From the NCBI GenBank assembly GCA_028023455.1, contig JAQFVV010000010.1:992001-1056000 (forward strand): a stretch of 64,000 nucleotides of DNA. The letters are read 5' to 3'. The position numbers and the translations under genes are program-made. Origin of the DNA: Epiperipatus broadwayi (Eukaryota; Animalia; Onychophora). Position 1 is the stretch's first letter, and each line of letters starts with the position of its first letter. The notes beneath the pieces are model-generated. The model was not told the DNA's origin. It did no database searches and was given only the letters and a program-made list of their open reading frames with translations. Shown piece by piece: positions 42,171 through 53,687 of the stretch.

Positions 42171-44029
42171 GGCTACAGTATATGATAATAATAAAATTTG
42201 AATGTAAAACTATTTACAAGGATTTTCATATAAAACACTGAGCAAAAATTGATGAAGAAAACCTATAAGTCTACATCATGTATAAAATTAAAAATTTAGT
42301 TTAAATGCTAATTAAAGATGTATATTAGCAAGTGACATGATTTTAAAGGTATTTTTACTTACATTTTATTATTTATAATTGAAATCAAGATTATTACCCA
42401 AATATTTAATCGTTACGCTTGACATTAAATCTTTTTTAAACATTCGTAGACACATTTTGTAAACAACGGAAATAAATGTTTTTAATTAGAAAGTCTAAAT
42501 TATACAATTTCGTTGAATAATAATCATTAGATTGTTATTATCTATAATTTTGAATGTTTTTCACTATTATATATATAAAAGTTTGATATGGATTGAGATT
42601 TTACTATAAATAAAAAAGAAAAAGCATAAAAATAGACAGAATAATACAGTATTAAAGGCATAGTAGAATTGCATCCGATCCCATACCGTATTTGATAAAA
42701 AAATAAATTAGTTTTAAAAGATATCTTACTTTGAGTTGATTGTTTTGGTATTTCAAATATTATTTATTAATATAAGTTAATTACAATTTCAAATAATAAT
42801 TACCTTTTTGTTTTGTTTGTTTCAGACTCAAATGCATCCCAGTATCTCGATAAAATTAACAATTTAAACAAGAACAGTCATTTCTACATTCAGTTCTTTT
42901 TTTTTTAGATTTAACTGTGTCATTTCAAATACTTCTGAAAAACTTTTTATAAATTACTTGATCTGACTAGTCTATTAAAACACATTATTAAAATCTATAC
43001 CGCTTGTGTTTAATTTCAAGGATTTCCGTTGTGCTTCATTTAAAATAAATGATTTGGCATTTTAATAACATATAAACTGTATAAAATGACAATTATTTCC
43101 AGCTGCTATTAAAGTTATATATATATGAAGACAAAAACAAACCATTAAACATTAAACAAATGTCGTCGTTAGTTTCGTTTTTGGTTTTTTAGGGTTAATC
43201 ATAATGAAATCGGTCTTTTAAAAAGATATAATTTTAATATGTTGGGTGTTGCATTAAACGGTGGGTAGACGTTCTGAATTTTTGTTTTTAAAAAATGTGT
43301 TTAATGAATTGATTCGTGATTGCTGTGGAAAATTGGTCAGAATAAATGTGGGACAATTTTTTCATGTTTCAAAGCATGGGGTGGGGAAGAAGCACTCAAT
43401 AATTCATAAAAACTTAAAATTATATTATCAAATTTAAGATTTGAACCTCACTGTATTTGTTGAAACTCAAGCTAAAGTTTAAAATATCTATGTTTTAAAG
43501 AGAAATAAAGATACAAAAAGCAAGTTTAAATAGCCAAATAGCTTGAATATCTGTCCAATATGTTTTCATAATATTGAAAAACAGTGAAAGGGGAGAAATA
43601 CTCTTATAAGAATATTTACCTGCTAATTATTGAGGGTTTTTAATGATTTTTTTTTTAATTTTTTTTTTAAACTAAAAATAGGAAATACCATTTATCATAA
43701 ATAATTCAATATATAGGTCGATTAGTACTATTGATAAACAACTTAAAACAAATCGAAAATTTACTTGAAAATCCTCAACTGTTTAAAAAAAAATTCCAAC
43801 ATTCACTTGGATTTGAATCCAGATGGGGATATGGAAAGTTAATGTGCTAATCATTATTTCATGAGGCCTCAATACACTCACACCAATATATATATATTGA
43901 AACATTTCAGTCTCATTCCATAGTGAATAATCAGAAATAAGACTGTGTGCAAGTTGTGTGGACACAATGACACTTCATCAATAGGGTTCCAAATCACAGT
44001 GAGAATTAATAAAATCACTATGAAAGTGA

Positions 44030-44540
44030 AAATGCTTAGACTTATGAATTACTCCATTATTAGAAACGTTTTGATTTTTAAATGCTTAGATTTACAATTA
44101 CTTCATTGTTAGAAACACATTCCGATTGTAAATTTTTTTATTTAAATATAAGATTACTTTTTTACTTAAATTGTTCAAAATATATTCAATATTATATATT
44201 CTACCTTGATCTAAATCAAGCGTATGGGCACCATTTTGCTATAATAAGTAATAAAATATTCATGTAAACAAAAATCTGAATAGATTTCTGAATCCTTCCA
44301 TTGTTAGAAACATAAATTGATTTGAAAATGCTTAGATTCAGAATTACTTCATTGTTAGAAACACATTTTTATTGTAAATGTTTTTATTTATATATAAGTG
44401 AATTACTTTTTTACTCAGACTTGTGACAATTGTTCAAAATATACTAAATATTATAATGTTTATCATTCTACTAATCCAAACAGATCTGCATCATTTTACT
44501 TGAGTAATAAATAAAATTTATATGTAAATGAAAATGTTTA
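44030..44540. repeat. Nested tandem repeat (~245-bp period with ~45-bp subunits)
   Basis: AAATGCTTAGA..AATTAC..CATT.TTAGAAAC-like subunits recur at ~44030, 44080, 44290 and 44325. Confidence 0.8.
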
Positions 44541-44717
44541 AATTTTCAAATTACTTTTATTTAAACATCCTAATTTATAAAAAAAATGATACATTACTAT
44601 TACTAATTTATTTAAAAATAAAATTATTTAAGAACATTACCTTATATTAATTATGCATAGAAGGTAATTTAGTTTTTCAATCATATTTTATAAGCTTTTC
44701 TATCATGGATTTAATAT

Positions 44718-44772
44718 GACTCTAGGGTTAGAGTATCAGAACTTGAAATATGGAGTTTGGGGATTGATTCTA
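44718..44772 (+). mobile_element. Degenerate tRNA-derived SINE head
   Basis: A-box-like TAGGGTTAGAG and B-box-like GGGATTGATTC with tRNA-like spacing; no intact cloverleaf. Confidence 0.35.
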
Positions 44773-46299
44773 ATGCAGTTTCATATTTTTTTTTAATACT
44801 GATATTTCCCCCTTCCTTTAATACTAATATTATCTTTTTTTTAATACTGATGTAATTTTTTTTACATCTTTTACTAATCTGCTATTCATTGGATTTGCAC
44901 TAGCATGAAATTTATTATTTAGCTAAAATTTGTAATTGAACCACAATATTATCCAAATATTATGAAATTCAAATCCAAGGAAAACCAAATTAGTAAAAAA
45001 TAATTCTTTAAAAAGATATTATTGAGCACATTTCATTAAAATGGTATTATCATTTAATATCCCTCTGTTGATTGTAACACTATGCAACATTACTTGTAAC
45101 TGCTCTATTGAAAAAATTCCTACCAAATTCTTTATCTATTTTAGGGGAAGAAACCAATTTTTTTACTTTTTTAATTATTATAATCTAACATTAAACAAAA
45201 GAAAATAGAAGATATGGTATAATGGCTTCTAAAAATTTATTGCATAAAGAATATAAATGTAAAAATTTATTCTCTTAAATAAATGTAATGTAAGTCTTTA
45301 AACTCTATCGATACTTGACTATATAGCATGGCTATGTTTTTATATTGAAGTAACAAGCATACAAAAAATTAAATCATGAAGTAATATAAGTATCCATTTA
45401 TCAAACGAATATTTGGAAACTAACTTTGTTAATAGAACACATAAGTTCTGCATAAGAGATTTCCAATAAAACAAAATAAAAAACAAGAGTTATTTTTAAC
45501 TATGTAATATGTTGGATAGAGTCAAGCTAGTTAAAGATGATCACTATTTATCACATTGTATCCCCCAAAGTCAAGGAGAGTTACTATTTTGTAAAAAAGT
45601 TAAAATATAAATAACTTTAATTTTTCAATATTATGTCTTTTGTTAAACAAAATTATATAGAATTCATTTTATTTTAATTAACTAATATTATTTTAGGAAT
45701 GGGGGAGGGAGAGTCTTTTTACATCATAAAAACCATTTAGATATTTTAAAAAATAATTATCTTACTTACAAATATAGATATATTAAAATTGCATAAACGT
45801 GTACTTGTAATGGATAAATAATTACTTTATTATTATTTTTTTAAAACAAAAGGGATTTACATCCTAAGCACATGCACTGTAGTATTGTTGTAATAGCTTG
45901 ATGATGTCTTGTTGAGTAGTGAGAATACTCTCAAACCTGGATTGTTAACAACTACTTCTGGGTAGACCCTGTTTGAATTTATTATTATGAGCTGGTTCAC
46001 TTAAGTCACTCTCAAACCTAAATGAGTGAACCAGTCACATCCTAATAAATTATTCTACTTATCAGCAAACACAATAAGAGGCAGATATTCCATTTTATTT
46101 GTCATTGTAACTTTAACTCTTCATGTCTGATTCAAGAGTGCTATTTGTTTGCTTTGGTGCTACTAGGATGCAGCTAATATTTATTTTTCTTATTATTGAT
46201 AGCCCATATCTTTTTTGACATATTGGACATTGCAGACCCAATAGCCAGTTTCATTGTTACAAGAATATCGTTATAATTTTAAATAAATGTCAACACATT

Positions 46300-47280
46300 T
46301 AAACCAGAAAAGGCATACATCACTTAAAAAATATCTTATTCATGCTGAGCATGCTTTCAATACTTTAAGTATCATAATCCTAGCTATTTTGTTTTTAATC
46401 TTGATGCATTTTGTTATTATATGTAACTTGCTATTTGTAAATTTCAGAAGGACTACTTTTTAGATAGAGAGATACTGGCTTTTTTTATTTATAGCACATT
46501 AGTCCTTGGCTATTGTTCATACCTCCTTAATCTTTCTTTTTCAGTGCTTACCATATCCACTTTGGGGATAACAAATTCATAATAATTCTGAATGTGAAAG
46601 CAGAATTAATGTTGCTCACATTGTTAAAACAGGCATTTTATTTCTTAGATTTTAAATTGCCTTTCCAGCTTTTTGGAATGGACTCTTCCATTCTGTCACA
46701 AGCATCTTTTTTTTTTTTTTTTACAAAAGAGTGTGATTAATAAACTTGCAGTATGTACACATTGTATAACAGTGTGGACATTCACTCATTGCCTAATTAT
46801 TTGAGCAGTCTTTTTATTGTCAACTGAATGCTTGACCTATCCCATTTTCTGCTCAACAGTTTGAATGCTGCAATCCATTTTCTTCAATAAACTTGCTTGA
46901 CTAGCTGTTGATTCCTTCCAAACTGCATGAGAGACAGAGGAATCAAATATTATTTCAGGCTTCATAAAACAATATGACAGACCTTTGAAGAGAAAGTCTT
47001 TGAAACTACATTTTAAAATGAGTTTTCTTATTTTAATAACAAAATCTCTAGCTTTTTGCCCCCTTGTGTACAGAGATTGAAATGGTATCTGCATTATCAT
47101 TAAGAGTTTTAGAGTGAAAATGTTATTTAGGAGAAACAATGCTTTGATAAAGTCAGGATCATCCAGTACCCCAGGGTTTCCTTGAGCTTGAAGTACTATC
47201 CCATGAGGCCTGATGACAGACATGAAGATGGTTAATTTTAACTCAGGAAGAGTAATCAATCCTTGTAGCTTGGTCAATTT
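46300..47280 (-). mobile_element. Second Penelope-like 3' fragment
   Basis: 46300-46570 aligns by eye with 9080-9390 (GIY-YIG end and 3' flank). ORF 46837-47277 has a weak IPF linker similarity. Confidence 0.5.
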
Positions 47281-48077
47281 TCTGGATAAGCCAGACTCAG
47301 TTCTTTTACTGAACCTATTTTAGCCATTATATTTTATTATCTTTTTTTGCTATGAGAAAAACAAAAATTCTACTTTTATTTAATAATGATTGAGTAATCA
47401 TTTGAATTTATTTATTATCTTTATTTGATGAGCTACTGTTGCTGTCAATCTTTTGAATAAAGACAAAATATAACAAACAATTGGGGAAAGTTTCTGCATT
47501 ATTATTAATGACTTATTATTAATGATTTAAATTTTTTATTGATGCACCAATAACATTAGCAATCAATTTTTTTGACTAATGACCTGTGGGGGTAAGACAT
47601 TGTCATTTAATTTTTTTTTTCCAGCCATGGAAATTTTTTTTTCTTTTGTCAACTGTGTCAAATTGTTATTTATCATGATTACAATATAACAGAGGCACAT
47701 GTAAATACTTTTTTCCAGCTATCAGGAAATTTTTATTTTGTTTTGCTGAGTGCATAAAACTGTTATGTTTATACATGAATCTATGTAAACACAAACACAA
47801 GTAAATATGTTTTATACCATATTTATTAAGGAAACATGAAAAAAAATATACATTTGCATATTTGCACTATATTTACAAAGGCTACACTCCACCTGTTACC
47901 ATTGCCAATGTATAGTTCCTTATTCTAGGGTGAATTACAGAAGAGACTACAATGCCCTTATAAGTTTCCTACTACTTCCAGTTGTACTGTGACAGCCTGC
48001 CTTGTGAAAATATCTGGCAACACTTCTAACTGTACTTGACAGCTTGCCTCATGTTAGCATTTGGTTCTAGCAGTTTT

Positions 48078-48136
48078 CAGTCTTGAACAGTGACTTGCCT
48101 CACTGCATCAACCATTTAGCTTAACCACTATTGTCT
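48078..48136 (-). mobile_element. Possible tRNA-derived SINE head
   Basis: TAGTGGTTAAG (A box) and GTTCAAGAC (B-box-like) about 31 nt apart. Confidence 0.3.
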
Positions 48137-49691
48137 GGAAAATAAAGATTGTTTTCAACTCTGTGACAGTAGTTCTCTGACTCTTCCTTCAAAATTATTA
48201 TTTATTGCCAGATCCCCATCATTAATGGAAACATTTGGATTCAGTGAGCATCATAGTCTATTAGCTTACTATTGCCATTTTCTATATGTTATCTATCTGT
48301 ATATGTATAAGTTTATGGCAATGAATGCTCAGTCTGATCTAGATAAGATAGAATCTGGACTAGTCCATTATTTGAAGGCAAGATGAGATATGATATATGT
48401 CCATTCAGGAAATTTGTATTTTTCAGGGATATATTTTTTACCTAGCTTTTTATATGGTAGTTTTCTCCTTGCAATTCTTTAATGGGGAAGGAGGGAGAGA
48501 AATATATAAATAAAATGGTTCTTCATGTTCAAAAGAAAAAAATATATAGTTTTATTTATTGATTATGATAATAATAAAAAACATGTTTTATAATTTTTTT
48601 TTGTTTATTAAAAAAAATATAAAAAATTTCTCTTTAGTTCTCAAAAAAATTAAATCACCAAAAATAAGTAAAGATACGTACACATTTAAACGTGTATGCA
48701 CTATATAATTTTTTTGGTACTTACATGTTAGAACTGCTGTTAAATGTCACATATATATTAGTCCAACAATAACTTTCTAACCTTGTAATCTCATAAAATA
48801 ACATCTGCATGGGATCTTCTGACAAACTTAATATATCAATTTTGACAAATGACAACAAGTAATTTTATTTAGTACAAAATGGTATCCTATAAACTTTATT
48901 TAGTGGAAACAAACAAAGACATATTTATGTTTTGAAGTGACTCAAGTTATTTGCAAAAATAATGAGAACTAACCTCATTTTGTTCAAAATGGCGATCTAT
49001 AACTTTATTTACTTGAAATAAATGAAAACATATTTACATTTATTTTGCAGGAAATGGTGTTGTGACAACTAAACATTTAGCAATATACATTTATTCCAAT
49101 AAAAAAAAGAAGAGCAAAAGATTGTTTTTACAATCACTGATGTGAACTGGTGTTTTAGGCCCTGCAAAATGCAAATGAAAGCATAGCTATGATTTACGTG
49201 AAAAGCTCACAGATTGTCACTTTTGTAAGATTTTGCATTTTTTCTTAAGATAATATATCACATACACTAATTTTTCTGAGTTATTCTAGTCTATGCCCCA
49301 TTTTTTGAATGTAATCAATTGTATCATCCTTGATAGTGAGCAGTTCCCAAATTTTAATTATTTTGTTGGGTAAAAGTCATTCAAAAAATTCACTCAACAG
49401 AGAATTAAAGCTGGATAATAAATCATGCGTACATCTTACTTTTACCAAATGATTGATTAGTCATTCCAGCATTTTTCCATGATATCACATCATACTTTAA
49501 ATCATAAAATTAGCAGTGAACCCAATATTTTGAATAACACTTTTCTTCTGATCAAAACTTTATCTAATATTCACATAAAAATTATTTTCCATTGTACAAC
49601 ATTATAAATGTGTTTAGTTCAGTTTTATTTACACATTTGTTTGTGCTGTTGATTTTCATCACAATTTGTCTAATCATCATCATTATCATCA

Positions 49692-52642
49692 TCAACCATT
49701 ATCAATCCACTGCAGGATGAAGGGCTCTCCAAGTTTAATCCATCTTCTCCAATCTTTAGCTTCTCTTTTCCACAACACCCCTGCACATTTTCTTATTTCA
49801 TCCATCCATCTCACATGTGGTCCCTTTCTGGGTCTTTTACAATCTCTTGGAATCCAGTTTAAAATTTCAATTGTCCATCTATTATCATTTCTTCTAGCAA
49901 TATGTCCAGCCCAACTCCATTTCAATCTTTTAATTTTTTCAATAAGGTCAGTAACACCTGTTTGTTGTCTTACCCATACATTGCGTTTTCGATCTCTTCT
50001 TGTTACTCCCAACATACATCTCTCCATGCTCCTTTGAATGGTCTGAAGTCTCTGTATTGCTCTTCTATTAAGTGTCCAAGTCTCAGATCCATAAGTAAGA
50101 ACTGGTAAAACACATTTGTTAAAAACCATTCTTTTCAAACACATAGGCATATTTCCTTTTAGTATCAAGTTATTTCTACCAAAAGCACTCCAACCAAGTT
50201 TAATTCTATGATTAATTTCCTCCATTATGTTTCCATCTGTATTAATAATCTGACCTAGGTATTTGTAACTGTTAACTTCTTCTAATTCTTCATAATCAAT
50301 CTTTATTTTCATATTTTGAGCAAATTGATTAAACATTACTTTAGTCTTTTTAATATTTATCTTTAGTCCTACTTTTCTACTTTCAACGGCTAACTCCTGC
50401 AACATTTCCTGCAGCTCTGAAGCATTATTTGCAAAAACAGCTACATCATCTGCAAAATCTAAATGACTTAAATACTCTCCATTTACTTTCATTCCTTTAG
50501 TTTCCCATTTTAATCCACAAAATACTTCTTGCAGCACTGCTGTAAAAAGTTTTGGAGATATGGAGTCACCTTGCCATACACCTTTCTCAATGTTGATTTT
50601 TCCAGTATCATTATGTAATCTAATTGTTGCTGTTGCATTTTTATAAATATTCTTTAAAATATGACAATATCCTGGATCTATACCTTGATGATCCAATGCT
50701 TTAATCACTGAAGAAATGTGTATAGAATCGAATGCCTTTTCATAATTTACAAATCCAAACATAATGACAACTCATATTCATTTGTCCTTTCTATGACTTC
50801 TCTCAATACCTGGATATGATCTATTGTACAAAAACCACTTTTAAATCCAGCTTGTTCTCTTCATTGGTGGAAATCCAAAGTTCTCTGTAGACGAGTTGTA
50901 ATTATCTTGGTAAAAATTTTATATAAAACTGATAAAAGGCTGATAGGTCTGTAATTTCTAATATCTTCTTTATCACCTTTTTTAAATATTAATATTATTA
51001 CTGCATTCTTCCAATCTTCCAGTACATCTTTATCATTTAGACATTTGGTATATAACTTTGCTAAAATCATTTCTATTTCCTCACCTCCTTCTTTTAATAT
51101 ATCAATTATAATTCCATCATTTCCTGGAGCCTTTCCTTTCTTCATACATTTAATTGCATGTCTCACTTCTTCATTTAAAATTCTGGGCAATTCGGAAGAT
51201 GTAATAGATATAGGAGGTACTTGTTCTTTATTACTATATAATTCTTGATAAAAATCTACTCATTTCATGATGTCATCTCTCTTTTTAGTAATAATTCCAT
51301 CTTTTTTTCTTATTGCAGATATAAATTTCCTACCAATACCAAAATGTTGTTTAACATTCTTGAGACTTTTATTTTCTTCTACAGCTTTCCTTGCTATTTC
51401 ACAGTTATACTTTCTTATATCATTTTCAACTCTTTTCCGTACCATTTTACAAAATTTGAGATATTCAATTCTTTTTAATACATCATTTTTGTATATCTTC
51501 ATATTCCTTCTTTTCTTCATAAATTCTCTAGTCTCGGTAGAAATTTTATTAGTCAATTGCTGCTTTTTTCTATCAGCTATCTTTGTTGCAGTTTTTAAAA
51601 GTGTATCAGTTATTTTCATATTAATTTCATTCAAATCTGAATCATGTTCAAAATCTCCTAACACTTGAAACCTATTTGTAAGTTCTAATTTAAATTCATT
51701 AGAATGTTTCTGAAGATTAGGAATATCAACTGTAAATATTGTTTTTCTCAATAATTTTTGTCTCTCTAGTTTTACATTAACACGTAACTTACACCTTACT
51801 AATCGATGATCACTTCCTATGTTAAATTTATTAAGAGCATTACAATCTTGAAATATGTATTTTCTGTTAGTCAAAATATAATCCAATTCTGCTGTACCTT
51901 CATTTGGATGCTTCCATGTCCATTTCCTTTTAACATTTTTCTCAAAAAATGAATTCATAATATAAAGTTTTTCTTTTTCTGCAAACTCCACAAGTCTATG
52001 TCCTCTCTCATTTCTATTACCATAACCAAAATTATCTACAGCAATTTCATCTTTCATTTGTCTACCAATTCTAGCATTAAAGTCTCCCATAACAATTTTA
52101 AAATGTTGTTTACTCTGATCAAAAGCCTTTTGTACATCCATATAAAAATCTTCTACTACTTCATCACTATGAGAACTTGTTGGGGCATAAACCTGAATTA
52201 TCTGCATTTGGTATCTGCTATTAAGTTGTATAACTAATCTTGCAACTCTGTCCGATACACCATCAATCTCCACAATATTGTTCTTCCACTTTTTATTTAT
52301 AATGAATCCTACTCCACTTGTATTTCCAATATGTGTGCCTTTATAATAGAGTATATGTCCACTTTTTAAATCAATTGTTTCTTCACCTTTTCTTCTAACT
52401 TCACAAAGTCCAATAATGTCCCATTTAATATAAGAGAGTTCTTCTAATTCTTGCAATCTTCCTTCACTTGAAAGTGATCTGCAGTTGTAAGTACCTAAAT
52501 AAAAAGTCATCATCAAATGGCAGCCTGGGTCCACAATCAGGGGATTCTTAGCACCCTCTGCCTTCGGCCACCAACCGCTGCCTTGGTTGGTGACTTTACA
52601 GCCTCCTGGGAATAAGGGCCATGCTTTATTTTTGTCTGTCAT
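49692..52642 (-). pseudogene. RTE endonuclease-reverse transcriptase ORF with two in-frame TGA and one frameshift
   Basis: TYNCRSL, IQVYAPTS, GDFNARIG, SDH; KAPGNDG, NYRPISLLS, *REQAGF, YEKAFDS, QGDSISP, FADD, YLG. Stops at 51260 and 50861; frameshift near 50765. Confidence 0.93.
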
Positions 52643-52800
52643 AATTGTATATATGTATTGGAAAAATATTTATCATTTACACAAACATTCATTCCGCCTT
52701 ATCAGGCACTGAGAAGAAAGACCATGGTGTTTCTTGATCTTAAACTCAGAGGTAAAAAGCCAATAAACTCACCACACTGGCTAATGCATGTTGGTGAGCA

Positions 52801-52968
52801 GCCCATCCATGTTCGTATACTATATGAATAATCACATAGTAATAACAGCTGCAATGACAAGAACATATGGAGTGGACATTAGGAATTTGCCCTGCTCGGT
52901 TCCTTTAAGGCCTCCAAGAGGAATCAAAGGGTCTTCTTTCAGTTAATAGCAAACTCCTTTCTACAGCC
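52801..52968 (-). ncRNA. HDV/CPEB3-like self-cleaving ribozyme at the RTE 5' end
   Basis: P1 GGCUGUA/UGCAGCU (G1-U wobble), structured 84-nt J1/2, P2 GUCCA(C)UCCAU/AUGGAUGGGC, P3 AUG/CAU, L3 UUCUUGU, GU linker, P4 UACUAUGUGA/UCAUAUAGUA, J4/2 CGAAC (catalytic C at 52815). G1 abuts the TSD. Confidence 0.85.
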
Positions 52969-53579
52969 ATTTGTCTAATATGTATCTTTTTTTTAATATT
53001 TGTGTAAGTTTATATGATGTTTATATGAATGTGATATTTTCGAAATCTGACTATTTTAATATGAATCTGTATTTATGGTTAATATTATTATTAAAATGTA
53101 TTGTATTAATGTGTAATAGCATACTTCTTTAAGTTCATTTGGATTTAATTATTTATTGATAATAAGATATAGAAATCTTTAGACTTATAAGTACATGGCT
53201 TTCTTTCTTCAGCAAATCCAAAAAAAGGAAATCCAGCAAAAGGATAGTGCAATCAGCTCCCTCCATATACAAATGTTGAGTAGTAGTAGTTAGGATTAGA
53301 TATTATTATTTATAGAATTTATGCCATGAAGAATATGGAAATGGAAAGAGCTAGAAAATGACACCCATTATTTTTCTTAATATTTTGAAATGTATAAGAT
53401 TATTCAAGATCCCAATTCATTATTTGTAAACTCTATATTTGTGTTAATATAAATACACACGTATAAATTAAATATAAACTATATATAATCACCGTTTCAA
53501 ACGAATGACAAATTTTATCAAGCTACTCAAGCGCTTTCAAAGTTCTAAGCCTTCCTTTTCAAGAAGTAGCTGGAATAAA

Positions 53580-53627
53580 ATATGCAAATTAAGGTGGACT
53601 AGATATGCAAATAAGGGTGGACTAGAT
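53580..53627 (+). promoter_or_regulatory. 23-bp tandem duplication carrying two octamer motifs (ATGCAAAT) in the putative Gypsy 5' LTR
   Basis: ATGCAAAT at 53582-53589 and 53605-53612, just after AATAAA. Function is not shown. Confidence 0.35.
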
Positions 53628-53687
53628 TTTCATTGACCTAGATTTGCCACTTCCTGGAGATGCCATAAAATGTTTCCTTTTTATTCA

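Larger units (their letters stand above)
49675..52968 (-). mobile_element. Full-length RTE-clade LINE (~3.3 kb), inactivated
   Basis: Single APE-RT ORF, (TGA)n/TAA microsatellite tail at ~49675-49693, 11-bp TSD ATTTGTCTAAT at 49664-49674 and 52969-52979. Confidence 0.95.
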
